Shown here one piece after another: positions 9,975 to 20,082 of a DNA stretch of 64,000 nt. Numbering within the stretch: the first letter of the stretch is position 1; every line of letters starts with the position of its first letter. A program made the position numbers and the translations under genes. Under the pieces are notes generated by a model. That model worked only from the letters and a program-made list of their open reading frames with translations, was not told where the DNA came from and searched no databases. This DNA comes from Candidatus Woesebacteria bacterium RIFCSPHIGHO2_01_FULL_39_23 (GTDB lineage: Bacteria > Patescibacteriota > Microgenomatia > UBA8517), in the NCBI GenBank assembly GCA_001792305.1, contig MGGH01000036.1, positions 18,599 through 82,598 of the forward strand. The letters are read 5' to 3'.

Positions 9975-9987
9975 TATACTTTAAGTA

Positions 9988-10995
9988 ATGGACCTTTCGG
10001 TTAAAGTTCACCGATTGACTAAAAATTTTGAAGTGACAGTAAAAAAACCTGGGCTGAAAGAGGCGATTAAAGCTTTATTTAATCCAGAGAAAAAGACTGT
10101 ACATGCTTTAAAACAAATTTCCTTCACGATTGAAGAAGGCGAGCTTGTTGGATTCATTGGTCCTAATGGTGCAGGAAAAACTACAACACTTAAAACTCTT
10201 TCAGGCCTGCTTTACCCAACTAGTGGACATGTATTGGTAGAAGGCTTTGATCCATGGGATCGAAAGAGTGAATTCTTAAAAAAAATCGCTCTGGTCATGG
10301 GACAAAAAAACCAGCTTTGGTGGGATTTACCTGCAATTGAAACTTTTGAACTGAATCGCGCGATTTACGAAATACCCCGTAAAAAGTATGAGGAAAGCTT
10401 GAATGAGTTAGTAAGTCTTCTTGATGTCAAAAAATTGTTGAGTATTCCTGTCAGGCGCCTTTCATTGGGTCAGAGAATGAGACTTGAACTTGTGGCGGCG
10501 CTTATTCATGGGCCCAAAGTTCTATTTTTGGACGAGCCAACAATTGGTTTGGACGTTGTGGCTTCTCAGAAAATGAGAGATTTTATCCTGAGTTACAATA
10601 AAAGGTTTAAGGCGACGGTAATATTGACCTCGCATAATATGGGAGATGTGGCAAGTCTTGCCAAGCGAGTGATAGTAATAGATAAGGGGAAGATAATATT
10701 TGATGGGAATTTAAGTGAGCTGGTATCTTTGTATGCTAAGGAGAAGATAATTAAAGTAGTACTGTCAGGCGATGGAGATTATAAAAGTTTGGAAAAAATT
10801 GGTAAAGTTATCAGCATTTCGATTCCTAAAGTTGAGATTTTAGTTTCTCGATCAATGGCTACATTGGCCGCATCCGAAATACTCCAGAATTTTTCCGTTG
10901 AAGACTTGAACATTGAGGAAGAGCCAGTTGAAAACGTCGTTCGAAGAATTTTTAGTGGTGAAACTAAAAACCTAAAGAGAAAGAAGAATGGATAA
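9988..10995 (+). CDS. ABC transporter ATP-binding protein
   Basis: Walker A GPNGAGKTTTLKTL. ABC signature LSLGQRMR. Walker B LFLDEPT. Confidence 0.85.
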   Translation: MDLSVKVHRLTKNFEVTVKKPGLKEAIKALFNPEKKTVHALKQISFTIEEGELVGFIGPNGAGKTTTLKTLSGLLYPTSGHVLVEGFDPWDRKSEFLKKIALVMGQKNQLWWDLPAIETFELNRAIYEIPRKKYEESLNELVSLLDVKKLLSIPVRRLSLGQRMRLELVAALIHGPKVLFLDEPTIGLDVVASQKMRDFILSYNKRFKATVILTSHNMGDVASLAKRVIVIDKGKIIFDGNLSELVSLYAKEKIIKVVLSGDGDYKSLEKIGKVISISIPKVEILVSRSMATLAASEILQNFSVEDLNIEEEPVENVVRRIFSGETKNLKRKKNG

Positions 10996-11788
10996 GTATT
11001 TAGCGATTTTTAAAATTTCCTTTGCCCAAGAATTTGCCTATAGGCTAAATTTTGTTATGTGGAGAGTCAGGAATATAATGCAGTTTTTTTTGATCTTTTT
11101 CCTTTGGGATACGGTCTTTTCTAGTCCAAGTACGCAAATATTTGGTTATGACAGGCCGAAGATTTTAACTTATGTTTTTGGCCTTATTATAGTAAGGTCA
11201 ATTGTTCTTTCTGCAAGGTCGGTTGATATCGCGGGTGAGGTATCAAGAGGGGATTTGTCTAATTATTTAGTTAAACCAATAAACTATATTAAGTATTGGT
11301 TAACCCGTGATCTTTCGAGCAAGCTTCTTAATTTGTCATTTGCTATGTTTGAGGCGGTATTACTGTTTATTGTTTTAAAGCCGCCGTTTTTTTTGCAGAC
11401 TGAAGCTTTACAGTTGACGTTTTTTGTATTTTCAATTTTTACCGCGATTCTTTTATTTTTTCTGCTTATGTTTTTGTTTAGCATGTTTGCCTTGTGGTAC
11501 CCAGATCAAGCTTGGGGTGCTTCCTTTCTTTTGTTTATATTTGTTGATTTTTTGGGCGGTGGCGTTTTTCCTCTTGACGTACTACCTGTAAATTTCCAAA
11601 ATATTCTGTACCTTACTCCTTTTCCGTATTTGTTGTTTTCGCCCCTGCAAATTTATTTAGGAAAATTTGATACATTACTGACTGTTAGAAATGTATTAAT
11701 CGGCGCTATCTGGGTAGCTATCCTATCTGTAATGGTCAATAAAATTTGGAGATTAGGGTTAAAGGTTTATCGCTCTGAAGGAAGATGA
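10988..11788 (+). CDS. ABC-2 family transporter permease
   Basis: Six predicted TM segments. Start overlaps the ATPase gene by 8 nt. Confidence 0.6.
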   Translation: MDKYLAIFKISFAQEFAYRLNFVMWRVRNIMQFFLIFFLWDTVFSSPSTQIFGYDRPKILTYVFGLIIVRSIVLSARSVDIAGEVSRGDLSNYLVKPINYIKYWLTRDLSSKLLNLSFAMFEAVLLFIVLKPPFFLQTEALQLTFFVFSIFTAILLFFLLMFLFSMFALWYPDQAWGASFLLFIFVDFLGGGVFPLDVLPVNFQNILYLTPFPYLLFSPLQIYLGKFDTLLTVRNVLIGAIWVAILSVMVNKIWRLGLKVYRSEGR

Positions 11789-12573
11789 AGAAAATTTCAT
11801 ATTATCTACGGATTTGGTGGATGATGAGTAGGAATTCTTTTCTTGCTGTTTTTTATGTAAAAATTGCGCTGTTCATTTTTCTAACAGGTAAAGTGCTTCG
11901 ATTTGTTTTTTTTACTCTTTTTATATTCTTTTTAGTTAAAGGTTCTCAGGGTCTTGCGGGATACACGCTTCATCAGTCAATATTTTTCTTTTTAACTTTC
12001 AACCTCGTTGATATTACTTCGCAATTTCTATTTCGTGAAGTCTATAGATTTAGACCACAGCTGATTTCAGGAGATTTTGATCTTGCCTTGGTTAAGCCGT
12101 TTAGCCCACTTTTTAGGAGTCTAATGGGTGGGGCAGACATAATTGATTTAATTACAATTCCGCCTTTAATTTTTACAATATTTTACATTGGCTCGCAATT
12201 GACTCCGTCGATACTGCATATTGCATTCTATGTGTTACTTATTGTGAACGGCTTGCTTATTGCCACTGCCTTTCACATTTTCGTTTTGGGTTTCGGGATA
12301 ATAACTTTAGAGGTGGATCACTTGGTTTTTATATATCGCGATATTATTAACCTTGGAAAACTACCAGTAGACATTTACCGTGAGCCTATAAGATCTATTA
12401 TTACTTATCTCATTCCTGTTGGAGTGATGATTACTTTACCTGCCAAGGCCCTGATGGGACTGGTGAGTCCGATCGGTATTATCGCGACACTTGGCATAGG
12501 TGCTGTGGCGCTTGTTGCGTCTTACAGATTTTGGAATTTTGCTCTAACCCGCTATACAAGCGCATCTAGTTAA
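11785..12573 (+). CDS. ABC-2 family transporter permease (second subunit)
   Basis: Multi-pass membrane protein. Start overlaps the upstream permease by 4 nt. Confidence 0.6.
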   Translation: MKKISYYLRIWWMMSRNSFLAVFYVKIALFIFLTGKVLRFVFFTLFIFFLVKGSQGLAGYTLHQSIFFFLTFNLVDITSQFLFREVYRFRPQLISGDFDLALVKPFSPLFRSLMGGADIIDLITIPPLIFTIFYIGSQLTPSILHIAFYVLLIVNGLLIATAFHIFVLGFGIITLEVDHLVFIYRDIINLGKLPVDIYREPIRSIITYLIPVGVMITLPAKALMGLVSPIGIIATLGIGAVALVASYRFWNFALTRYTSASS

Positions 12574-12575
12574 AT

Positions 12576-13541
12576 ATGCAAAAAGTACTTGTGGTATGCG
12601 GACCAACAGCTACGGGGAAGACAAAGTTGGCCTTAAGGCTTGCCAAGAAAATTAATGGTGAACTGATATCTGCCGATTCCAGACAAGTGTACAGAGGGAT
12701 GGATATAGGTACAGGTAAAGAATTACCCGTAAATCTCAAACCCCAAATCTCAAATCTCAAATACAGAGGTGAACCAATTGTGTTTTACAGCATCCTGAGA
12801 GTAAAAGTATGGGGTTATGATTTAGTCTCCCCTACTCGACAGTTTAACGTCGCACAATACAAGAGGTTTGCAGATAAAATATTAAAAAGCATTGTTGACA
12901 GAGGAAAACTGCCAATCATAGTTGGAGGGACTGGGTTATATATTAAAGCCGTAGTTGATGATATTTCCACAATCAATGTGCCGGCAAATAGGAGTCTTCG
13001 GCGTAGTTTAGCAAACAAAAGCGTAGACGAATTATATAATTTACTGAGCCGATTTGATCCCATAAAATCGGCGTCTTTAAATACTTCAGATAGGAAAAAT
13101 CCACGTAGGCTAATTCGTGCAATCGAAGTTGTGAGTTACGGCGAGAAAGGTCGAAGGAGCCTTAAGAAAGATAGCAAATTTGACACTCTCTTTATCGGAC
13201 TCACACTACCCAAGCATATTCGTAACGATAACATAAATAAAAGAGTTCACAAAAGGCTTCATCAGGGAATAATTGCAGAGATAAAAAAGCTTCTTAACTC
13301 AGGAGTTAAATGGAGTGATCAATCAATGTGTAGCATTGGATATAAAGAGTTGAGAGGATATTTTGAAAGTAAATTGACTTTAGAAGAGGTAGTAAAAAAA
13401 TGGAAAGATGCAGAGCATAATTATGCCAAGAGGCAAATTACTTGGTTTAAGCGGGATCAGAGAATAAACTGGTTTGATGTAAGTAAAAAAGATTATCTAC
13501 GAAATATGGAAAACATGGTCGAAAAGTGGTATAAATCTTAG
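12576..13541 (+). CDS. miaA: tRNA dimethylallyltransferase MiaA
   Basis: VVCGPTATGKTKLALRLA...ISADSRQVYRGMDIGTGK is the MiaA P-loop and motif. Confidence 0.9.
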   Translation: MQKVLVVCGPTATGKTKLALRLAKKINGELISADSRQVYRGMDIGTGKELPVNLKPQISNLKYRGEPIVFYSILRVKVWGYDLVSPTRQFNVAQYKRFADKILKSIVDRGKLPIIVGGTGLYIKAVVDDISTINVPANRSLRRSLANKSVDELYNLLSRFDPIKSASLNTSDRKNPRRLIRAIEVVSYGEKGRRSLKKDSKFDTLFIGLTLPKHIRNDNINKRVHKRLHQGIIAEIKKLLNSGVKWSDQSMCSIGYKELRGYFESKLTLEEVVKKWKDAEHNYAKRQITWFKRDQRINWFDVSKKDYLRNMENMVEKWYKS

Positions 13542-13577
13542 TAGGCTTTCCTTAAGACAAGTAAAAAGAGTCAAAGT

Positions 13578-14570
13578 ATGACGCAAAAAATTGAAGTTTC
13601 TCACAGAACAATAATTTTTACAATTTTTTTCCTGATACTTTTATGGTTCGTATATCTTATTCGTGACATAATTTTTTTGGTTTTTGTCGCAATATTGCTT
13701 TCCGCGATACTAAATCCCACTGTCAAAAAATTGCATAAACACCGGATTCCAAGAGCGCTTGCTGCAATTGTTGTTTATCTGTTGGGTGCGGCTTTTTTAA
13801 CTTTTGCTTTTGGGACTGTACTGACTCCACTTGTGGAACAATCTGGGAACTTCGCAAAAAACTTTCCTTTATACCTTGAAAGATTACAAATTCCGGATAG
13901 TGTTGTACAGCAAGTGACTGATGAGATTACATCTCAATTTGGTACGATTTCTTCACAACTCTTGAGGCTTGGCGTTTCAGTTTTTTCGAACATCTTGACA
14001 GTGTTTGCGGTACTTATTATCGCACTTTATTTTCTGGTCGCCCGCGAGAAATTGGATAAACAATTGTATTCAATACTACCAGAGTCTCAGGCTAAAAAGA
14101 TTGAAAAGGTTTTGGGTAGAATGGAAAAGGATTTGGGAGGTTGGACCAGGGGAGAGCTTTTACTTATGTTTTCGGTTGGTTTTACGACTTATATTGGCTT
14201 AGTTGTGTTAGGTATCCCCTATGCTGTGCCTTTAGGAGTCCTCGCGGGTTTGCTTGAAGTTGTCCCAAACATTGGTCCTGTTGTTGCTAGTGTGCCTGCT
14301 GTTATTGTAGGTTTTGGGATTTCACCCATAAGTGGCTTTGCTGTAATTGCGCTTTCATTTCTGATTCAACAAGTTGAAAATTATGTTCTCGTCCCTAAAA
14401 TTATGGAGAAATCAGCTGGTATTAATCCGGTGGTAACTTTATTGTCCTTATTGGTTGGCTTCAGACTGGCAGGAATTGCAGGAGCCATTTTGGCTGTACC
14501 AGTAATAATAACCTTAAGGGTGATTATAAATGAGTATTACACTTCTCCTCGGCTTGAAAAAAGTCGATAA
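13578..14570 (+). CDS. AI-2E family (PerM/UPF0118) transporter
   Basis: About eight TM segments in the AI-2E family (PF01594) layout. Confidence 0.8.
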   Translation: MTQKIEVSHRTIIFTIFFLILLWFVYLIRDIIFLVFVAILLSAILNPTVKKLHKHRIPRALAAIVVYLLGAAFLTFAFGTVLTPLVEQSGNFAKNFPLYLERLQIPDSVVQQVTDEITSQFGTISSQLLRLGVSVFSNILTVFAVLIIALYFLVAREKLDKQLYSILPESQAKKIEKVLGRMEKDLGGWTRGELLLMFSVGFTTYIGLVVLGIPYAVPLGVLAGLLEVVPNIGPVVASVPAVIVGFGISPISGFAVIALSFLIQQVENYVLVPKIMEKSAGINPVVTLLSLLVGFRLAGIAGAILAVPVIITLRVIINEYYTSPRLEKSR

Positions 14571-14598
14571 TTATTGTGCTTTTTGGTATAATATTAAC

Positions 14599-14890
14599 GC
14601 TCTGGAGGAAGGGCAATCGGGCCGCGGAGCCTCGGCGAAGTGGTCAGGAAAGTCCAGGCAGCTCAAGGCAGGAGACGAGGTGTAAACCTTGACGGGTAAC
14701 CGCTGGTTAGAGCAACAGAGACTACAACTCACCCCTAACCTAAAAGGTTTGGGGAAGAGGGTGAAAAGGGCAATCCCCTCCGCTGCAACCTCCGAATGGG
14801 GCGCTGAAGGTAAGCCTTGCCGAGCCCCGAAGTTTGAGGGCATAGATTGATGGTTGCCGAAAAACAGAACCTGGCTTACTCGCCTCCGGA
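14599..14890 (+). ncRNA. rnpB: RNase P RNA (reduced bacterial type)
   Basis: Universal P4 strands GGAAAGTCCAGGC (14647-14659) and ACAGAACCTGGCTTA (14854-14868), with an A:T covariation at the usual G:C position. AGGGTGAAAAGGGC matches the P10-12 module. P1 pairs GCTCTGGAGG with CCTCCGGAGC. Extended -10 TGgTATAAT at 14584-14592 upstream, and a T-run after the 3' end. GC-rich island in an AT-rich genome. Confidence 0.8.
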
Positions 14891-14898
14891 GCACCAAA

Positions 14899-15591
14899 TT
14901 AATACTTTTTTGCAACAGCAAAAAGGCCTGTTCCCTGAGGTAAGTTTATATGTCCTAATAATTTGTTCTCGACTGCGAGAATATATTTGAAGATAAAGTT
15001 CACAAAAGGGTTTACTTTCTTAAGTGACAAGTTTTTAAATAGGATAGCAGCTGGTAGTAAAGAAAAGTTCATGAATGAGAGTTTTGCAACTCTAAACCCT
15101 GCCCCTTCTAATTTTTCCCCGATCTCAGTTTTTGAATATCTGTGGCGAGTGTGGACTTTTTGGTCGTGTTCGCTAGAAAGCCAGTTGTTGGCTGCAACTC
15201 TTAAGATCAAAAACCCCTTGGGTTTTATAACTCTGTAAAACTCCTTTATAGCCAGTTTATCGTTGACGCCTTTATGGTACAAAACATCAATTGAGGTGAC
15301 TATGTCAAATGAGTTGTCCTCAAAAGGTAGTTCATTAATGGATGCTTTTATTACTTTTACACCCCGTTTTTTACAAAATCTTATTGCCTCGGGGTTAATA
15401 TCTACCGCAGTAACACTTCCAAACCTTTCAAGCTTTTTAGTTAGTAGCCCCGTGCCACAACCCGCATCAAGGATTTTGCCGTACATTGGAAGTAATTTCT
15501 CGATTTCGTCTATAATTAAATTATGAAGAGAGACGTAAAAAAAGTGGGTAGTTTCATTATCAAACAGCTTTTGGTATTCTGATATTTTCAC
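14899..15591 (-). CDS. Class I SAM-dependent methyltransferase
   Basis: Motif I ILDAGCGTGLLTKKL. Motif post-I VTAVDIN. Confidence 0.75.
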   Translation of the reverse strand: MKISEYQKLFDNETTHFFYVSLHNLIIDEIEKLLPMYGKILDAGCGTGLLTKKLERFGSVTAVDINPEAIRFCKKRGVKVIKASINELPFEDNSFDIVTSIDVLYHKGVNDKLAIKEFYRVIKPKGFLILRVAANNWLSSEHDQKVHTRHRYSKTEIGEKLEGAGFRVAKLSFMNFSLLPAAILFKNLSLKKVNPFVNFIFKYILAVENKLLGHINLPQGTGLFAVAKKY

Positions 15592-16289
15592 TTTTTAAGT
15601 AAAACCAACTCAAACCACAAAGCTAAAAGTTCCTTGAAGGTTGAAAGGATACGGCTAATTCTAAAAAATTGTGAATTACCGTAACGTCTTTGGTAATGGT
15701 GGACAGAAACTTGACGAAACCTTGCCCCAATAAGATGACATTTTTTAACTAGTTCTACACAGATTGCTCCTGAATTTGAAGTTAAATGTATTTTGTCGAT
15801 TATTTTTTTTCTAATGAGTCTGAAATCACAGTCAACGTCGTAGGTGGGAAGCCAAAAAAGCCAGCGGGCAATAAAACTGTATAGATTGCCAAAAAATATG
15901 CGGTATGTAGGGTCCCTCCTTACCATCTTTATCCCATTTACAAAGTCGGTGTCGTAGGTCATTAGGTTTAAAAGGATAGGTAGTTCATTTACGTTATACT
16001 GCCCATCCCCGTCGGTGTAAAAGATAAGTTCCTTTCTAGATTTTTCAAATCCACTTCTTAAGGTACCACCGTATCCTTGATTGATTTTATGAAAAACGAG
16101 TTTTAATTTTGGGTATTTTTTTTGAAGTTTTTTAAGAATGTCTACACTTTTATCTTTTGAAGCATCGTCTATGACAATTACCTCATAATCTTTGGATAGA
16201 CTTGGAAGGATCAGGAAGACATTTTTGACCAACTTGGCAATAGTTTTTTCATCGTTGTAGCAGGGAAAAAAGACCGAAATGCTTGCCAT
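15588..16289 (-). CDS. Glycosyltransferase family 2 (Dpm1/polyprenol-phosphate glycosyltransferase-like)
   Basis: ISVFFPCYNDEKTI...YEVIVIDDASKD...DGDGQY carries the GT2 DxD and DGD motifs. Confidence 0.8.
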   Translation of the reverse strand: MASISVFFPCYNDEKTIAKLVKNVFLILPSLSKDYEVIVIDDASKDKSVDILKKLQKKYPKLKLVFHKINQGYGGTLRSGFEKSRKELIFYTDGDGQYNVNELPILLNLMTYDTDFVNGIKMVRRDPTYRIFFGNLYSFIARWLFWLPTYDVDCDFRLIRKKIIDKIHLTSNSGAICVELVKKCHLIGARFRQVSVHHYQRRYGNSQFFRISRILSTFKELLALWFELVLLKK

Positions 16290-16297
16290 AAATATTA

Positions 16298-17644
16298 CTA
16301 TAGTTTTAGCAACTTATAGCCGTAAGGGGCCGTTGTGATTGTTTGCATATCTTTATTGAATTTCTGCGGGTCTTTTGTAATTATAATATAATCTTTAAAT
16401 TCCGAGATATCATCATGGCTTACTATCCACCATTCGTTTGCCTTGCCGCCATTTTGAATTGTGACAGTAACTTCATCTAAGCCCGAATAGTAAATGAAAG
16501 ATGGAAAATCGGGACTATCAAGTACAAGTTTGGTTTCGGGATTAAAATTCATTTTAGTAAACATTCCCAATTTCGCGCCAATCAGAGACCTGTCTGGGAG
16601 TTCAAGTTCTATTCTTTTGACATGATTGAACTGCAAGATAATTAGCAAGAGTAATAGAAAAATATATTTTTTGCCAAAATTGAGGATGGAGTATCCTATA
16701 ACTAAAGATACAAAAGGGTAGACGGGTAGCAAAAACCAGCCCAGTTTGTCGGCTAATAAATTTAGGGGAAAGGATAGGACTAGAACCGATAACATCAAAA
16801 ACCAGAGTAGTTTATTTTTGAAATTCTTAAAAAGACACAAAGCTACTGGAGCCAGCCAAAATCCGACATCTCTTATTAAAACCTTGAATAAAGTAAAATC
16901 AACCTTTGGGTTTTTCCACGACAAATTTCCCGCGAATGGGTCAAGAATAAATGAAGATATAAATTCTTTTCCGAATTTTAGTATCCCATAGATATACCAC
17001 CACAAAGATACTGTTAAAGACACTAAAACAACCAGCACAACACTTTTTACCCTTCTTTTACCCAGTAGATATTCATAAATTAGAATCCAGATCAGAGGAT
17101 AAAACCCAAAGACTATTCCTTTGGTCAACACTGTACTACCAAGAAATATACCCGACAGTACTCGAGATTTGTTACTTTTACTTGCTATGTAGAAGTAAAA
17201 CGACAGGATAGAAAATAGTGTAACTAGCGCGTCAAGATTTCCGTGTGAGAACCTTTCTACAACCTGCCCAAGTGTGAGGAAAATAACTGCTGCAACCAAT
17301 CCTATTTTATAATTGAATAGTTTTTTACCAATAATAAAAATCATTAGCACAGTTAAGACCGCGGCTGTTGCGCTAACGGCTCTTGCTTGCCATTCTCCTG
17401 GACCAAAAATTTTAAATATTGGGTAGGAAAGCCAGAAGTACATAGGGGGCTTGTCAAAGTAGTATTTTCCATTCCAAAAGGGCATTAAGAGACCCGTATT
17501 ATTAGTTGCCATATTTTTGCTTATTTCGGCATACCATGCCTCATCCCAGTTTCTTAATGGAAATTCGTTTATCGAGCGAAAAAATGCAAATGTGGAAAGT
17601 AAAGTTAAGGCAATTAAAGGCCATCTGTCGTTTTGAGGTTTCAC
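16298..17644 (-). CDS. GT-C membrane glycosyltransferase (ArnT/PMT GT83/GT39-like)
   Basis: First periplasmic loop DEAWYAEISKNM (the DE motif of the PMT/ArnT family). About 11 TM helices. 4-nt overlap with the GT2 gene suggests an operon. Confidence 0.75.
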   Translation of the reverse strand: MKPQNDRWPLIALTLLSTFAFFRSINEFPLRNWDEAWYAEISKNMATNNTGLLMPFWNGKYYFDKPPMYFWLSYPIFKIFGPGEWQARAVSATAAVLTVLMIFIIGKKLFNYKIGLVAAVIFLTLGQVVERFSHGNLDALVTLFSILSFYFYIASKSNKSRVLSGIFLGSTVLTKGIVFGFYPLIWILIYEYLLGKRRVKSVVLVVLVSLTVSLWWYIYGILKFGKEFISSFILDPFAGNLSWKNPKVDFTLFKVLIRDVGFWLAPVALCLFKNFKNKLLWFLMLSVLVLSFPLNLLADKLGWFLLPVYPFVSLVIGYSILNFGKKYIFLLLLLIILQFNHVKRIELELPDRSLIGAKLGMFTKMNFNPETKLVLDSPDFPSFIYYSGLDEVTVTIQNGGKANEWWIVSHDDISEFKDYIIITKDPQKFNKDMQTITTAPYGYKLLKL

Positions 17645-17710
17645 GCAAATATCATACCCAGCAATTTCCTACACTGCAACCTCCGATTCGGGCGCTTTAG
17701 GTAAGTCTTC

Positions 17711-18244
17711 GTGTATAATAAGAACAAATTGATGGTAATTGACGATATTGATTTATCAGCAGATCATGAAGCTTCGTCTTTAGTAGGCATTAAAGAACAA
17801 GAAGAAATTCGAGGAATGAGAAACTCTCTTGGTAAACTTGTAGATTCTTTAAAGTATCCCGCACTTGATAGAGACCTGGTGGCGCATTATGCTTTAGAAG
17901 TAGTCGAACAGGTTCGTAGAATTGGTGGAGGAAAAGGTGTTAGTCTTGAGCCAAAAAGGGCTAAGGTATTAACGGATCACGTCGCCTCTCAGGGGATAGA
18001 TTCAGGAGGACCCGTTGAGGGTTTAAGGGATTTGAAGCAATTTGTAGATGAACTGTCTTATGAAGTTAGAAGGGAGTCTTCGGAAGCAACTTTAAGATTA
18101 CCTTTTACAGACGGCAATATGAGGATATTTATTGATGGTGACGGGATTGGGAATCGCTACTTTTTTGCCACCGATAATCACCAAGAGAATATTAGAAGAG
18201 CAGTCGAGGTTTTTAATGAAGTAGCTCGAGACGAAAAATTTTGA
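17711..18244 (+). CDS. Hypothetical protein (likely start ATG 17732)
   Basis: Acidic soluble protein with no recognisable motif. Confidence 0.4.
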   Translation: MYNKNKLMVIDDIDLSADHEASSLVGIKEQEEIRGMRNSLGKLVDSLKYPALDRDLVAHYALEVVEQVRRIGGGKGVSLEPKRAKVLTDHVASQGIDSGGPVEGLRDLKQFVDELSYEVRRESSEATLRLPFTDGNMRIFIDGDGIGNRYFFATDNHQENIRRAVEVFNEVARDEKF

Positions 18245-18307
18245 GTAACCTCAGTTACTGTTTTAGTCAATAGTCCAATTGTGAATCTTTTTTGCTACAA
18301 TAGCTCC

Positions 18308-18751
18308 ATGCGGTTGGTAATTCAAAGAGTAAAAAGTGCTTCTGTTGAGGTTGTTGGAACCAAAAAAGTTGTCGGGAAAATTGGCAAGGGTTTTTTTGTT
18401 TTAGTTGGAGTCGGAAAAAACGACACAGAGAAAAAAGCTCACCAATTGGCTGGAAAACTAGCAAAGTTAAGGGTGATGAGCGACGAGTTTGGGAAAATGA
18501 ATCTATCCGTAAGGGATGTTGGTGCGGAGGTTTTGGTTGTCTCTCAATTTACGCTTTATGCGTATGCAAAAGACGGAAATAGACCTTCGTTTATAGAAGC
18601 AGCTGATCCGAAAAAGGCAAGAGAAATCTATGAACACTTTATAGATAAACTTAAGAATTTGGGTGTAAAAGTTGAAACAGGAAGCTTTGGAGAATATATG
18701 AAGATAAATACGGAACTTGACGGACCTGTTACGATAATTTTAGAAAGTTAA
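18308..18751 (+). CDS. dtd: D-aminoacyl-tRNA deacylase
   Basis: MRLVIQRV N-terminus and the SQFTLYA motif. 147 aa. Confidence 0.85.
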   Translation: MRLVIQRVKSASVEVVGTKKVVGKIGKGFFVLVGVGKNDTEKKAHQLAGKLAKLRVMSDEFGKMNLSVRDVGAEVLVVSQFTLYAYAKDGNRPSFIEAADPKKAREIYEHFIDKLKNLGVKVETGSFGEYMKINTELDGPVTIILES

Positions 18752-18766
18752 AACTTAAAAATTTGA

Positions 18767-19405
18767 ATGCAAAACTACAGGTTAAAACTCAAAATTATTT
18801 TTGTTAAGTTTTTAAATATTGTTTTGTTTGTTGTTTTAGTAAGTAGTTTTGGATTTGGAGCTTTTTTAATCGGATTTAGATTAGGAGAACAGAAGGGGCA
18901 AACAGACAAGTTTGATAAATTTTCTTATGGGCTGGTGTTTAGGGATATTGCTACCCCGTCTCCGTCTCCAACTTTATCTCCGACTGTGGTACCAAGTACC
19001 ACTCCCAAAATTGAGACTGGTAAATCTAATACCCAATCGTGGAGTGGTCCTGAGCTCTGGAATTTAGTTAATAAAAGAAGAAATGAATTTGGTGTAAATG
19101 AACTTTCTAACAAATCCGAATTGTGCACAATAGCTTCAATTCGTTTAAATGAACTACTGGAATTAGGCAAACTCGATGGTCATGAGGGATTTTCAAATAT
19201 GCCGGAAAAAAGACCTGATTTAAAGTGGATTTATGATAAATATACTTTGTCCGAGTTTTTAGTTTCTGGGGCACAAAGTGCCCAAGAAGCTGTTTCACTG
19301 TGGGAAAATACCTTAGGACATAAAAAGTTATTAACTGGTGGAGAATTTGTCTGGGGCTGCATCTACGCCCAAGGTGGCTTTGGGGTGGCAATAACAGCTT
19401 ATTAA
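18767..19405 (+). CDS. Membrane-anchored CAP/SCP (YkwD-like) domain protein
   Basis: N-terminal TM segment. CAP domain WSGPELWNLVNKRRNEFG...VSLWENTLGHKKLLTGGEFVWGCIYAQ. Confidence 0.7.
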   Translation: MQNYRLKLKIIFVKFLNIVLFVVLVSSFGFGAFLIGFRLGEQKGQTDKFDKFSYGLVFRDIATPSPSPTLSPTVVPSTTPKIETGKSNTQSWSGPELWNLVNKRRNEFGVNELSNKSELCTIASIRLNELLELGKLDGHEGFSNMPEKRPDLKWIYDKYTLSEFLVSGAQSAQEAVSLWENTLGHKKLLTGGEFVWGCIYAQGGFGVAITAY

Positions 19406-20028
19406 ATCAATTTATTTTTTATTAAAAACTCTTCAAGTTTTCTCTTCGAAGCATATTGGCGGCCGATTGAAACGAAAAGCCGGTTAATATCTTTCCAGTA
19501 TCTTTTAGGTAAGATTTTTGTTAATTTAGTTTCGGTTTGCTCAGGTGTGGCGGTTTTTACCCAGCCCAGAAGGTTAGTAATCCTGTGAACGTGGGTGTCC
19601 ACAGCAATTGCGGGCTTTCCGAAAGCTCTGCTTAGTACCAAGTTTGCAGTTTTTATACCCACTCCTGGAAGTGTCATTAACTTTTTCCTTGTGTTTGGAA
19701 CTTTACCGTTAAATTTCTTTAAGATAATATTTGATAGGAGTTTTAGCTGTCTGGCTTTGGTTTTATAAAATCCGACCGGGTATATTAATTTTTTTAGTTC
19801 TTTCGTTTTCAAGTTTTTTAGTTTATTGATATCTGGTGCTTTTTTAAATAGTCGCTTTGAGGACTCAAGAGTTACCTCGTCTTTTGTTCGAGACGAAAGC
19901 ATTGTGGATAAAAGAGTTTTATATGGGTCTTTACCGAAAACTTCAAGCGGTACTGGCAAATGATTGTTCCGAAAAATTTTGAAGACAGTTTTGAAATAAT
20001 GATTTTTCACGAAGAAATTATACAACAA
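19402..20028 (-). CDS. nth: HhH-GPD base-excision DNA glycosylase (endonuclease III-like)
   Basis: HhH-GPD motif LMTLPGVGIKTANLVLSRAFGKPAIAVDTHVHRI. Confidence 0.8.
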   Translation of the reverse strand: MLYNFFVKNHYFKTVFKIFRNNHLPVPLEVFGKDPYKTLLSTMLSSRTKDEVTLESSKRLFKKAPDINKLKNLKTKELKKLIYPVGFYKTKARQLKLLSNIILKKFNGKVPNTRKKLMTLPGVGIKTANLVLSRAFGKPAIAVDTHVHRITNLLGWVKTATPEQTETKLTKILPKRYWKDINRLFVSIGRQYASKRKLEEFLIKNKLI

Positions 20029-20082
20029 AAGGCCCGCAATGAGCGGAAACCTTTTGTTTATAAGTATTTAAAACAGAGGAAT

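Noticed and set aside
14571-14921. 116-aa minus-strand ORF
   Set aside because: Lies entirely inside the RNase P RNA gene. Its high GC comes from the ncRNA, and the translation has no protein-like features.
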